Shown: positions 24,760 to 38,859 of the stretch, one piece after another
Position numbering within the stretch: the first letter of the stretch is position 1
Layout: each line of letters opens with the position of its first letter
Assembly: GCF_022458985.1 (NCBI RefSeq)
Contig: NC_061781.1
Location: 26,385,222-26,449,221, forward strand
From: Mugil cephalus
Lineage: Eukaryota
Direction: 5' to 3'
Length of the DNA stretch: 64,000 nucleotides
Notes under the pieces: model-generated
Databases searched by the model: none
The model's input: the letters and a program-made list of their open reading frames with translations, nothing else
What the model was told of the DNA's origin: nothing
Position numbers and translations under genes: made by a program

Positions 24760-27646
24760 CCGTCTGTAGGTGGTGTTGTGGTGTACTAACCCCTGTGTCT
24801 CCCTTTTTCCCCTCCCCCTCCATCTTATTGTCAGGGTCTCTGGTCTGGAGTCCTGAATATCTGACCTGAGTAATTCTAAGCTACATCTGCTGTCGTGGCC
24901 TCATCAACAAGCCCAGTCTTCATGGTCTGGAGTGCTGTGTATCAGACCTGTGGAGCTCCATAAACTACATCTGCCCCAGTCTTCATGTCCTCCTCCAGTT
25001 GTCCACTCCTACCTAGATGAACAATTCCACCAACCTGCCCATGATTCCTGTTATACTCACAAACTGTCACATAAGATCATCAGCTGTGTGTTATATTATC
25101 AGATTCTACGTGTTTCCTTCAGCTTGATGTTTGTATCTATGACAGAAGTTCGTTTATCTTGTTTCTCCTGTTCTTCTATTCTCTTGATCTTGTCTGTTTC
25201 TACCCGGCTGTCCTTATGTTAAAAAGGAGTTTTTCCTGCCACCGTCGCACTCAGACTGCTCTGGAGGTTGCAGGCCGGCTTTTGTAAAGCGTCTTGAGAC
25301 AATTTTTATTGTTATTGGTGCTATATAAATAAAACTGAATTGAATAGATCGATGAGGATCAATGCAGTTTTCGTCCCATGCGTGTATCAGTTAAAGTGAA
25401 ATACACTAAATAGTTTGGTGTGAAATTAGTGTTTGATATAAGCAGTTACTATAATATGCTATATTGTGAAGTTTGTTATAAGAAAAGTAAAAGTTGAATG
25501 GTGCATCTTGTTTAATCTGACAGTAACACCTCTGATTGCAGCAGTGTCACTTTCAGACGCTAATGAATGCAGGTGTGAAAACTTCCTCGTCCAGAGAGGC
25601 TCACATTCATTAGCTGCAGCTAACACGCTACACTCTGAGAGCTGTTCAGAGGCCAGCGAGGATTCTAATGTCACTGTGAATGTGTTATGCAAGACTCTGA
25701 AATGATGAACAGTGATTCAAACGTATCCAAACTTAAAAAAAAAAGAAGTTTGACAGGATATACATTTGAAACAGAAATTACGTGTAAGGCACAAACATTT
25801 TTTTCTCACTGTCTGAAGTTAAATCAGACTAAACTTCTCCTGTTTCAGTTAGGATTTCCTAACTCATTTCTGTTTGGTAAATGCCACAATAATGAGAGAG
25901 TAGTTTCTTTGGTCCTGAAGAAGCTACTCAGATGAGTGGCTTTGAGAAATTCTACAACTCCAGTTTGTTTGGACCCTGTCAGTGCGTTTTGAATCAGTTG
26001 GGGCTTTTTAAAGAGCTATTTGGAGCCAGACAGTAATGACTTGGAAGACAAAAATGCATGAAGTAGTTTCTCAGCATCGCTCTAAGACAGGATGCTCTAA
26101 TTTTAACAATATTACGCAGGTCCTGGTCAGCTGCTTTATGTGACAGTTAAAGGTCATATCCTGGTCAAATATAACACCAAGGTTTTTCACAGTAGTACTG
26201 GAGGCCATAGTTATGCCATCCAAAGAAACCAGGTGATTGGATAATGAATCTCTGCCATGCTTAGAGCCACATACAATGACTTCTGTTTTGTCTGAGTTTA
26301 AAAGTAGAAAATAACAGAAAATTACACGTTATCCAAGTCAGTGAATGTATTAAGGCCACGCCTCATGTTCAACATGTTGCTTGACATCATGGAAAAATCT
26401 AAAGAAATCAGCCAAGATATCAGAAAGAGAATTGTGAAGCTCCACTTCAATTTCCAGATGCTTGAAGGTGTCACATTCATCACTTCAGTTATACTCAAGT
26501 ATATCCAACTATCATACTGCTCAGGAAGGAAATGAGTTCTGTGTCCTAGAGATGAAAATTTGTTACTTTCTACATTATTTTATTACATCGCTGGTGCAGG
26601 TGCAGGTGCAGGTGCACATCTTGTGTCTATGTGAAGGCACCGTCTGACCTCTGGATGACTTATGTTCTCTTCTGTTCCCATATATGGTCACTCCCATGTT
26701 TTTCGTTGGTATTTCAATATTTTGGTATTCCCCTGCCCCCATAAAGACCAGCAGGTGTCTGTGTCTGCAGGAATCTGGGAAATGTTTTGGGAACACAGAC
26801 AGTTCTTGTGACTGTGGTGAGGTCCCCTTCCCTTGAACTCTGTCACCTCTTTCACATATAAAATGCACACAAACATGACATGTACATTCTAACAGTTTCA
26901 AGATTCCATAAAACCACAATTTTCCCGTATTTGACCCACACTGGTAGACCTAAAATCCATCTGAATAGATACGGGTCAAATCTGACCTGTAACAGCCTCA
27001 GTGTGCAAAAATGTGTAGGACCTAAATGAAAGTATAAATTAACAAAATATTTTTATTTGTATGTATTTTGGGTCACTTCAGGAAAAGTCATCAAATTTCA
27101 GGCTAAAAGAATGATGTTCAGGGTATTTTTACTGCTGTCAAAAGTCAAAACGGGTCAAATTTGACCCGAACAGTATGTAAGGGTTACACTATTCCTTGAC
27201 TCATACTCTTATGTCTATGTCTGGTCACATTTATGTTTTCTGTTTGCTTGAGACTTGGACAAAACAATTTCCCTGCAGGGATAAATAAAGTGATCTTGAA
27301 TCTTGAATTTCAGTATTATTCATATTGTACTCTGTTGTTTCTCAGTTTTTAGCTACCTCATAAGGGCCCTCCACACCGGGAGTTATGTCTGGCCTGGTTC
27401 ATGTTATCATTTGACAGTCCTCTGGATATTCACGTTTAAATAGTTTCTAGAAAAAAAATGCATTAAATAGAAGAGGGTTATACAGACTGTTTCATACAGT
27501 CACTACTCTTACATGTTTTATCATTGTTCTGCTTTTACCATTTACTTAATCAACAGCATTTCTCTGCAGTGTTTTGCTTCAAACTGTTTATTTGCCTTGA
27601 AGGTCACATTTCCATCAGTTCAAAAAAGGCCCTCCACAGTTCTACT

Positions 27647-28788
27647 TTACAGGACGTTAACATTACAGGAGCCAGGAGTCAGTATTTGAAGGGTCACAAT
27701 AACTTTCATAGATTTTCTAAACCAGGGATAGAAAAAGGCGTAGATGATTGGGTTTAGACAGGAGTTAAAATAGAACAGACAAACTACAAAGATAGAGGAT
27801 GCATAACTAATCAAATTCTCCTGGTCTGTGAGTGAAACACAGAAATATGGACAGATACATGCTAGAAACACAAGTACAACAACCCCAAGAGTCCTGGCTG
27901 CTTTCAGTTCAGACTTCTTAGCAGTTACTTTCCCTGAACGCTGCAGAGTAAGAGATGTAATATTAGAGCGCATGGCACGAGCCTGAGACACAGCCACCAC
28001 AAATACTCTCAGATACAGAACTATGATGACACTTATGGGCAGAATGAAAGTCAACATGAGATCTACAAATTGTTTGGTCAAATCAGAATCAATCACACAC
28101 TCTCCGATGCAGGAATTAAACCTCCCTGGTTGTTTCAGACTCTCCTTAATCATCACACCTGTATAAAAGAGAGAGCAGATCCAACACAGAGAGACACAGA
28201 TCTGAACTCTCCTCTGAGTGACTTTGGTGGTATAATGTAAAGGATAACAAATGGCAGCATAGCGGTCAACAGATATGAGCACCATGGTTCCTACTGAGGA
28301 AGATGGAATGACTAAGTCTAAAACTGAATACAGGACACACACCAGGTCACCAAAATACCAGCATCCTTCTATGAGTGTGATCTGAAAGATCATGAGGAGG
28401 CCCACGAAGAAATCTGAGACAGCTAGAGAGAGGAGGAGGAGGTTGGTGGGAGTGTGGAGCTGCCTGGAGAAGGAAGAAAGAAACACACTTCTTATTATTG
28501 CTGGTAGTGATTATTATCTAAACAGATAACCCACATCAGATCATTAAGCATTCAAGAACATTTCTATTGAAGCTACTTCCACAGTCATATCTGTCCAGTT
28601 TGATAAAAAAATGAAATAAGTGTCTACTTGAAGTGGGAGATGGAGATGATGACGAGCAGGTTGAGAGCTGCAGTCAGTAGAGAGATGGAGGACAGGATAA
28701 TGTGAGTACACACAATGTCAAAGTGAGAACGCTTTAGCTTCCTGCAGGAGGTGTTGAGCTGTGGAAAACAGAGTTCATCTCCCTCCAT
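27647..28788 (-). CDS. TAAR, subfamily D, copy D2. complement(join(27647..28463,28628..28788))
   Basis: Same structure as D1, with about 9 aa differences in exon 2 (for example HYPTKVT to HYTTKVT, YVLLMI to YTGVMI, CNITA to SNITS). Both 3.32 and 5.42 are Asp. Confidence 0.88.
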
Positions 28789-29124
28789 TGTCAGAGAGAG
28801 GAGGAGAGAGCTGCTGAGCTCTGGCAGCCTCCTGGCCTCAATTCAGACTCTTATTGTTTATGGAGCTCTTCTGACCCTCCTCTAAGATTCTTGGAGGACC
28901 AATGTCCCTCCTCCGTTGTTGTGTACACGTTCCGCCAAACTCCTGACTACCTGCTGATTGGTCACAGTGAAGGTGGAAGGTCAAATTCAGTAAAACATTG
29001 GTAGAGCTCATTTTAAGTTTTAAGATTTTCTTTTCTTCCAGGTGGTAATTCAACAACCAGAGCCTTAGAGCCATACGGTAACTAGGCTGGATCTCATCAT
29101 CTCCTGGAGCTCCAGGATACATAT

Positions 29125-29133
29125 ATGTGTGTG

Positions 29134-29211
<78 letters not shown>

Positions 29212-29218
29212 TGTATGT
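29125..29218. repeat. (GT)n microsatellite
   Basis: gtgtgtgt... read directly. It produces the poly-CV ORF 29125..29412. Confidence 0.95.
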
Positions 29219-31639
29219 TAATATTTTGTTATCTTGAGGTGTATACTTTCTCTTATTCTCTTATTCTCTTAGTTCTCAGCTTGTATAACACAAGTGATCC
29301 AAGTGTGCTCCTTCCATACACAGAGTTGTTTTGGCTTTGCTACAACTTTGCAGTAGTTAAGGAATCACTCCTTCTTGCTTGGATGGGGATGAATACCTTC
29401 CAAAAGGTATAGAGATCCTGGGCGGAAGGAGAGGAAAATATCCTCCTTTGAAAAATTGTCGGCTCGTCTGGGATACCTGGAAAGGAACATAGTTACACTG
29501 GTTCGAACATCTTTTACAGCCAGCAGCCACAACTAATAAGATGAGCAGAAAACCTCTTAACCAAATTTCTGCATGTCTTATGAGACATTTCGTGGCTGTG
29601 AGAGTATGATTCAATAGTAGTACTGTTTGTAAGAATAAAACACAGAGAATCTGTACAGATTAGTCGTAAAAAAAAAATAAAAAAAGTTAAAGAGAAGGCC
29701 GACCGTTATGGTTGAAAGGCCAGAGAGGCCTAATCAACCCCCCAAAAACAACCCCAGTCTAGGGGTTTGGGTTTACAGTTCCCTTACTCATGCAAGTGTA
29801 ACTCTGAAGCGCCGATAAGAGGTGGGTTTAGATACTCAGGTCCTAAGCCACTGTGGAGTGTATAAACTTAAAAGCCACTTCATGTGGTGAGGTGTTGTAG
29901 GGATCTGTTGTAATTACAATATATTCAAATACTTTAAATCTTTCAGTTGTGTGTGATTATTTATGTGTCCGGAGTGCTGTATCTTTCAGACAGTAGAGTA
30001 GGGACGGTAATCTCTATGAGAGGGCGTTAACCTTTGCTTATATGTTCATTTGGTATAGATTAAAATATGCATATATAGAGATGGTATTCTTCAGGCAAAA
30101 GCGCCATCCTCTGTTAATGAGTCCATCTGATATGAATAGAAATACGTATATATATACATATATCCATATAGATTAAATACATGTAAGAGGAAGTAGCCTC
30201 TAACAAAGAAGGTAATCCTTTACTGGATTCGCTAAACAAGCCTAAAACTGTGTATGATTGAATAAGTGGTATTACAGATACTTGGTAAAAAGCTTTCGAC
30301 TTGAGAGAAGAGATATTCGTGAATTGTTTGTTTGTTGTTGTTTGTCTGTGTTTGTCTCTTCTTGGTATTTTCTTACTTGGGTTAGAACTGAGTAGAGGGA
30401 CATAAGTGTTATTAGGAAAATTCCAGCTGGTGCACTGTTAGGACATAAGATCTCACAAATCAAAATAGTCAATGCCAAAGACAATAATGGAAAAATGGCT
30501 TTCTTTTTTTCCTTTTTATTTGTTGCAAGGGCTACTGTCAAGCCTGGATTTTTTTAATCTATGACAGCACATGACCCAGGGATTGACATTTCCTGAACAA
30601 TTTTGAAAAAGCATAAAAATCTGAAATATTAAAATTACCTTTGAAAAACCTAAAATAAAAATAGTAATAATAATTGCATATACTCATATACCTCTTCACC
30701 TTAGGGTATATAGGTTAGCTATGGGTGCAAATACTAGTCACCCTTCAAGGCCCTGCTAAAGTTATTTGCCAAAACAGAAAACTGGGATTTTCTTAGCATG
30801 GTAGTCATACTAGTCTTACTTAAAAGGGAAAATGCTTGAAAATGAAAATGGATGAAAAATGGACAAAAGCATATTGAAAATCTAAAGTTGTGGGGAAAGA
30901 ACTGATGAAGCATATACAAGTCCTGAGGCCTTTCTTTCTATGAGCATGGAGAATGTTTGTGATGGATGGAACAACGGACTCCTAAGGCTCTTATGGAGAA
31001 CTAACAGGATGATCTTATTATACCATATGGTTTTGTGATCATGTAACATCATGAGTTTGTCTCTAGCTGGCCACGAGATGGCTGATTTGAAAAACCAAAG
31101 CTGCATTCTTGCATGACCTTATATATTCTCTGATTTTATGGGTCTTTTAGATTGGGATTATGAATATATCCTGGAATGTGTTGGAGTTTGAGAAACCATC
31201 ACTACTACAGGACAAACTCTCCCAGCTGAATGTGCATGACTCCACCTGCAGACTTCCTATTTGACAGGAGACAGCATGTGAGGCTGGAAAACACATCTCA
31301 GACTCCTGTACGATCAGTACACTCACCCCTACTCTTCTCCCTGTACACTTAACAGCTGCACCTCCATACACGAATCACCATCATGTCCCAGGACCTCAAA
31401 TGGGAGCTGAACATCAGTGTCTTCATCAAAAAAGCACAGCAGAAGATATATTTCCTGCGGCAGCTGAAGAAATTCAACCTGCCAAAGACAATGATGGAGC
31501 ACTTCTATACTGCCATCATTGAGTCCATCTTCACCAACTCTGTCACTACCTGGTGTGCTGCAGCCTCTGCTAAGGACAAGAGCAGACTGCAGGGCATCAG
31601 TGCAAATGAATATCAGTTGGTACAGTCCAAACTGATGGC

Positions 31640-32750
31640 CTATAAAAAGGTGTGTCATTACCAAGGTGTCACACAAGGAACATCTCATGATTGGAAAAAG
31701 CAAAGAACTCTCTCAAGACCTTTGCAACCTTATTGTTGCAAAACATTCTGATGGCGTTGGTTACAGAAGGATTTAAAAACTAATGAATGTCCCAGTGAGC
31801 ACTGTTGGGGCCATAATCCGTAAGTGGAAAGAACATCATTCGACCATAAACCGGCCAAGACCAGGTGTTCCTCACAAGATTTGATGTAACGAGGACAGAC
31901 ATTTCAGAAAGACACTGATCCCAAACACAGAGCCAAGGAAACTCTCAACTGGACTGGGTAAGACCCACAAACTGCAAGGAAGTGCTACAGTTCTTGGTTT
32001 TCGGGCAATATTACAGGCAGTATATAAATGGATATCCCACCCTAGCTGCTATCTTATACCGCCTCACTGCTGGTGACCCTAGAAAGAAAAAGAGGGGTGG
32101 GAAAAAAAGTCTGGTACCTGACCCACCTGATGAATGTGAGCAGGCGTTCCAGAGCCTGAAAGAAAGACTGACGACCGCTCCAGTGTTGGTGCTACCCTGA
32201 TCACAGCCTGCCTTTTGTCCTTCAGATGGATGCCTCGGGAGAGGAGCTTGGGACCATCTTGGTACAGGTTCAAGATGCTGCAGAGAGGGTCATGGCCCTC
32301 GCCAGCAGCAGTTTGAGTCCAGTGGAGACAAGGTATCCCACACACAAGCTTGACTTCCTCACTTTGAAATAGGTGGTGACAGACAAATTCCATGACCACC
32401 TTTATGGATCAGGTTCTCCGTCCTGACAGACAATAACCCTCACAAGTATGTCATGTCCTCTACATAACTGGATGCTACAGATCAGCGGTGGGTGTCTTGC
32501 CTGGCTGCCTTTGATTTTGACATCCAGTATCGGAGGGGATAGAGCAACACTAATGCAGATGTCCTCTCCCGCATGTCCAACCAGGAGGTCTGGATGGTCC
32601 TGCAAACATGCCCCCAGCAGGTGCAGTCCAGTGAGCCCAGGTTTGTCATGGGACACTACACCGGGCCCACAAAGCCCTGCAGGCCAGGGCACGTCGGCCT
32701 CAGAGAAACATGAACCCCTCCAATATGAATAGCCCTAAAGAGACGTGGGG
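31640..32750 (+). mobile_element. Composite TE debris. A Tc1-like transposase N-terminal fragment lies at about 31740..31990, followed by an LTR-retrotransposon (Gypsy/Ty3-like) pol RNase H fragment at about 32000..32750
   Basis: Tc1 part: ...VSTVGAIIRKWKEHHSTINRPRPGVPHKI.. Gypsy part: PVLVLPDHSLPFVLQMDASGEELGTILVQ...VETRYPTHKLDFLTLK.VVTDKFHDHLYGS...LDATDQRW. Confidence 0.5.
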
Positions 32751-33429
32751 ATGGAGTCACTTCCTGCCATGACGAAACAGGAGGTCCGTGCAGGGCAGAA
32801 GGAGGATCCCGTCATTGGTGCTGTCTTGAACTATAAGAGTCTGAATCAGAAACCAAGCCACAGTGAGAGGATCAGTGGTGGTGGGCAGGTGTATACATTA
32901 TAGAGTTACTTTAGACAACATGGATGTTGAAGAATGTTTTTTTATTGCTTGTAAGGAGTGAAGCTGCCAGCATCATAGAGAATAAAGGGCGCGATCAAAG
33001 CCACAGCTCAAACTACTATGTGTGTCTGTCTCGTCCCTCTACACTACACCTTCACAACAACACTAAAACACAACAGAGATTCTCCGGGTGCTGAGAGGCA
33101 GCAGAGGCAGCGCATGGCCTAGGTTACATACACATGGGTTTCACAATATATATGACGGTAGGTGCTATTTTTCTAAGCCTTTAGTCTAGGTAACTAGCTA
33201 GCATAAGGCTAGCATAAATCTCGGTTAACTTCAAACGTCAGTCATTTGGAAAGCGGTGTTGGGTGTTTTTGAGATCAAGGTTCACATTGATGGTATGACT
33301 TTGTTAAGATTTAATCTATAAAAAAAATGTTAAAGAGAGAAATTGACATTCACCTCACATAATAGGGAGAAACCATGTCACATCCAGTTTTTCCTTTTAA
33401 TCTACTGCTCCCATAACTATCCATATTTT

Positions 33430-34210
33430 GTTCACTGGGGAAATCCAGTGTTTTCCTGATCCTGTGCTGGAGCCGTAGGCTGAGCACTGTGGCATATTTT
33501 AACTTTTAATCCAACTTCACTCTGTGATTGCCACTTCTCTGTTGGTGAATATTGGTTAGATGTATCTAACATGGCGCCCATGAAACACGTGACCAGCTCA
33601 GAACCAATCAGCAAAGACAGATAGCTCAGATGCTCCGTTCCCTGGTTGGACACTCTCTCTAATATATGGCTCAAGGCCAGCCAATATATCGGCTGATCTC
33701 TTCAGAGCGGCCTAGTCAAAATCCTCACCTCAATCCTATTGAGATGCTTTGGCATGATGTTAAAAGGGAGGTTTATGCTTGAAAACTCTCCAATGTGGCA
33801 CAATTACAACAATTCTGCAAACATGAATGGGCCAAAAATTCCTATATAGCACTGTAAAAGACTCCTTGCTGTTATTGCAAACGCTTTATTGCAGTTGTTG
33901 CTGCTAAGGGTAGTCCATCCAGTTATTAGGTTTAGGGGGAATTACTTTTTCACAAAAGGCCATGTAGGTCTGGATTGATGTTTTCCCCTTAATAATAAAA
34001 ACTTTAATTTGTATTTTGTGTTTACTTGGGTTATATTTGACTAAAGTTTTAATTAGTTTGATGATCTGAAACATTTGGGTGTGACAAACATGCAAAAAAA
34101 GAAAAAAAAAGAAAATAAAGAAAAGGAAGGGGATGTTGGGAACTCCAGCTCTGCACTTACCACAGATCCCACCTTTTATATCAGTTTGTCTGGCTGCATG
34201 AGGTGTCCTA
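33430..34210 (+). mobile_element. Tc1-like DNA transposon, 3' half (transposase C-terminus plus 3' terminal region)
   Basis: NPIEMLWHDVKREVYA...QLQQFCKHEWAKNSYIAL..KRFIAVVAAKGSPSSY is followed by a terminal region. That region is shared with 39590..40060 and 59380..59840 (..ccatgtaggt.tggatt..ttttcccttaataataaaaactttaatt...agtttgatgatctgaaacattt...ccagctctgcacttac.acagatcccacctt). Confidence 0.65.
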
Positions 34211-35206
34211 ATTTTCAGTGCTGCCTCTCAGACACACAGCGTAAAAGAGGACACTCTATTACTGTGTATTTTACCAAACACCACGAAAAAATCCTCATAT
34301 GTTTGAACATACGCAGCAATAAAGACGATTCTGATTGCTAAGTAACCTGATGGATTAATACAAATATAAATGAATAAATAATCCACCTGAATTCATTTCG
34401 CAGGTACAGTTTGGGATCTAGTGAATTTGGAGGCCAGGGCAACACCTTTTGCTTTTCTCTGTTTTCATTTTTTTTTCTTTTTTTTTTTTTTTTTTTTTAG
34501 GTGTTCCAACAGGGTTATGTGTGGGTGTCTGTCAGGTTGCATCCTCCTTTAGAAGTAGCATCCACATGAATGACTGATCCAAAAGTTTCACAGTAGAACT
34601 CTGAACTGTCACCAGACAAACATCAATACAATAAAACCACCAAAAGAAATGTGTGAATATGAATATGTCCTAAAAACAATAATGTCGCATGTTACTTTTT
34701 TATAATAGTTAGTTAGTATGACATTAAAACAAAGCAAAATATTTATGATGGATTGGATTTATATAGCGCTTTTCAACGCACAGTCTGGTTCCCAAAGCAC
34801 TTTTTACAGATATCACACATTCTCTAAAAAGCTACTTTTGTTGCCACAGCTGCGCTGGGGCAGACTGACAGAAGTGTGGCTGCCAATGTGCGCCAAATGG
34901 CCCCTCCGACCACCACATTCATACAAATTCACACGGGGCAAGGTGGGTAAGGTGTCTTGCCCAAGGACACTACGACAGTAATTGGGACAGAGCTGGATTC
35001 GGACCGCCAACCCTCTGATCATTGGACGACCCACTCTACCACCTGAGCCACTGTCGCCCCATGTTTAAATACAATATTCATGTTTAAATAATCACTTTAA
35101 TAGTGTGAGACCAGGCAAAAATGAAATAAATAGAAGAGGGTTCTGTAGACTGTCTCATACAGTCACTACTCTTACATGCTTCTTTATCATTGTCCTGCTT
35201 TAACCA

Positions 35207-35310
<104 letters not shown>

Positions 35311-35486
35311 ATTTATTCTCCTGCTCTAAATTTTATGTACCACTCTTCACCCTTCTAATTGCCCTTCAGGATAATTCTGATATGATGAATCCACAGCATT
35401 TCGCTGCAGTGTTTTGCTTCAAGCTGTTTATTTGCCTTGAAAGTCACATTTCCATCAGTTCGAAAAAGGACCTCCACAGTTCTACT

Positions 35487-36632
35487 TTACAGGACGTTGG
35501 CATTACAGGAGCCAGGAGTCAGTATTTGAAGGGTCACAATAACTTTCATAGATTTTCTAAACCAGGGATAGAAAAAGGCGTAGATGATTGGGTTTAGACA
35601 GGAGTTGAAATAGATCAGAAAACCTACAAAGACAAAGGATGAAGGATTGAGTAAAACCTCCTGCCCTGTGAATGAAACACAGAAATATGGACAGAAACAT
35701 GCTAGAAACACAAGTACAACAACCCCAAGAGTCCTGGCTGCTTTCAGTTCAGACTTCTTAGCAGTTACTTTCCCTGAACGCTGCAGAGTAAGAGATGTAA
35801 TATTAGAGCGCATGGCACGAGCCTGAGACACAGCCACCACAAATACTCTCAGATACAGAACTATGATGACACTTATGGGCAGAAAGAAAGTCAACATGAG
35901 ATCTACAAATCGTTTGGTAAAGTCAAAATCAATCACACACTCTCCAATGCAGGAATTAAACCTGTCTGGTTGTTTCAAACTCTCCTTAATCAACACTAAT
36001 ACATAGAAGAGAGAACAGATCCAACACAGAGAGACACAGATCTGAACTCTCCTCTGAGTGACTTTGGTGGGATAATGTAAAGGATAACAAATGGCAGCAT
36101 AGCGGTCAACAGATATGAGCACCATGGTTCCTACTGAGGAAGACACAATGATGAAGTCTAAAACTGAATAAATGACACACATTAGGTCACCAAAATACCA
36201 GCATCCATCTAAGAGCATGATCTGAAAGAACACGAGGAGGCCCACAAAGAAATCTGAGACAGCTAGAGAGAGGAGGAGGAGGTTGGTGGGAGTGTGGAGC
36301 TGCCTGGAGAAGGAAGAAAGAAACACATTTCTTATTATTGCTGGTAGTGACTATTATCTAAACAGATAACCCACATCAGATCATTGGATAAGCATTCAAG
36401 AACATTTCTATTGAAGCTACTTCCACAGTCATATCTGTCCAGTTTGATAAAGAGATGAAATAAGTGTCTACTTGAAGTGGGAGATGGAGATGATGACGAG
36501 CAGGTTGAGAGCTGCAGTCAGTAGAGAGATGGAGGACAGGATAATGTGAATACACACAGTATCAAAGTGAGAACGCTTTAGCTTCCTGCAGGAGGTGTTG
36601 AGCTGTGGAAAACAGAGTTCATCTCCCTCCAT
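35487..36632 (-). CDS. TAAR, subfamily D, copy D3. complement(join(35487..36303,36472..36632))
   Basis: Exon 2 reads (K)QLHTPTNLLLLSLAVSDFFVGLLVFFQIMLLDGCWYFGDLMCVIYSVLDFIIVSSS...NSCLNPIIYAFFYPWFRKS. Exon 1 (MEGDELCF...ISHF) is found with the same GT donor and AG acceptor as D1. Both 3.32 and 5.42 are Asp. Confidence 0.85.
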
Positions 36633-38859
36633 TGTCAGAGAGAGGAGGAGAGAGCTGCTGAGCTCTGGCAGCCTCCTGGCCTCAATTCAGACTCTTATTG
36701 TTTATGGAGCTCTTCTGACCCTCCTCTAAGATTCTTGGAGGACCAATGTCCCTCCTCCGTTGTTGTGTAGATGTTACCCACAAGGGCTTTAAGGTCACCG
36801 TTTATAATTTGTCATCAACTTTGCAATACATTGAATCTATCAGTAATAACATATCAACCAATCAGATTGTTCTGTTCACTTCCTGACTAAGCGCTGATCG
36901 GTCACAGGTAAAGGTTAGGCTAGACTGAATATTGGTACTACACAGTTGGCTTTCTTCCAGGTGTTAATTCAAATTTCCATGTCAACAGCATACAATCAAA
37001 TTTTGTGCGGAACCATCCAGGTTATTTTGACAAAAGCACCAAGAGTGTTGAGAACATCCAGTCTGTTTCAAGAAATGAGCCAAAGCAGCTGAAAATGATG
37101 TTTTGCATTTTGTGGCACTAACTATTTACATGAGAAAGGAATTTAGTTTTAAAGCATGAGTGAACAGTTTTGGGAGAGATAAGAGCTCTTGCAACTGAGC
37201 CATGGTGTTGTGCGGAACTGTAAAACTGTTTTGCCAAATTATCTTAGAGTTTTGAGAATGTAACTTGTTACAAGAAATGCGCCACAAGCAGTGGAGAAAA
37301 ACTGTATTGTATTTTGGAAGTTCTTCAGTGAAAAGAAAACTCCTTCCTGCAGAGTGTGCAAAATACTTTATGTTGGTCAGCTGTTCTGTCTCGTGTTTGT
37401 TTGTACTTAGATTTCCCATGGATAGTGTCAACACGCTGTTTAGCATCTTCCATCTTTATTGGTTGATTCTGCTACTTGTCACTACCTTATCAACTGCACA
37501 TTTGCACATGCGTGATGGTAACTCTACTTGGACAAGCTGCTCGATATATGTTACCAGAGATGTTCAGTCATTCTGCTGCAGATGATTTAATCAGATTAAC
37601 CGTGATGATGGATTAATCCATGTGAATGCATTAGTTTTAACACAAAATTACAAAAATACACCACTAAGTATATCCATGTGCATATGTGTGGGTCAGTGTT
37701 GATTGTTGAGCTGAGCAGCTTGCAGATCTCACTGTCATATTTGATAAAAAAAGGTGTGTCATATTGCTATACAAGCTGTATATTAACAGCGCATGTGCAG
37801 TTCTCATCAGGATTCCCTGGTGGGTGGGATTTCCCGAGCATGATGTAGAACTGATTCACCTTCAGAGATCGGTCCTGGGGAGATCAACAGGAAGACTGAT
37901 CTTATGAGAGTGGTCAAAAACTTTACTCTATTTTGAGATCCGAGTGATCAAATCTCGCAGTCCTGGTGCGTCTCCATTTTTGCACTGTGTATTCACAATA
38001 ACCCTTTACATTGGAGCTTACACAGTGACAGCCTGGCAGACTGCCCAGTGACAAAATCAGAACGTGTCAGGCAGGTACATCAAAACATAATCAGGTAATT
38101 TAATGGGACGATGCAGGACAGATTTCATACTTCAGGCAAGCCGAGCCAAGCCGAGGTGGTAGATTCCCAGGTCGATTGTAGGGTTGTTGTTGTTGTTACT
38201 AAGGGGAAAATATCGAAACCCTGCGTGGAAAAAGTGTTTGCCCCTCTACTTCATACATAGCTTAACTGTGGTTTATCACCTGAGTTTAGTTTCTTTAGCC
38301 ACACCCAGGCCTGATGACTGCCAGACCTGAGGCCTGTATCATGAAGTGAGCTCAACTTACCCGGGCTTAAGATAACTAGGATTATATATACTATAACAGG
38401 ATTTCCTGATTCCATAATGTTACATGGGCTAAAATAAAGCTGGAAGCTGATGCGACAATTACATCATATCAATATATCAAGTTGTTGGTCTGAATGAAAT
38501 GATCCTGATTCTGAGCTGTGTTTGAGGTGAGCGGGGACAAATGGCTAAAATATCCTCTTCTTTGTGAGGTTATCTCCTGGAGGACACGTTCACGCCGTAA
38601 CGCTCTTCACATGATTTGAGCTCCAATCTCAATCAGGTCTTCAATGAAAGGGCACGTGATTATTTTCCGAACAGCTGATTGTTCGGTGGGTGGAGCCTTT
38701 TACCGGATTCAGATAGATCCTGAAAGTTACCCTGACTCAAAGCGGGTTTGCCGTTCAGACTATGTTACCATGGTAATGTACCTCGATAAGAATGAATCCA
38801 GCTTCATGATACCGGAAACTCAGGGTTGACCCTGAAGTTACCTCGCTAAGTCCGTGATA

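Larger units (their letters stand above)
25108..31605. repeat. Segmental duplication, copy 2 (paired with 16225..22795). It contains TAAR-D2
   Basis: See copy 1. Copy 2 carries a (GT)n insert at 29125..29218. Copy 1 instead has a local ~100 bp tandem duplication at 20581-20680 and 21063-21165. Confidence 0.9.
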
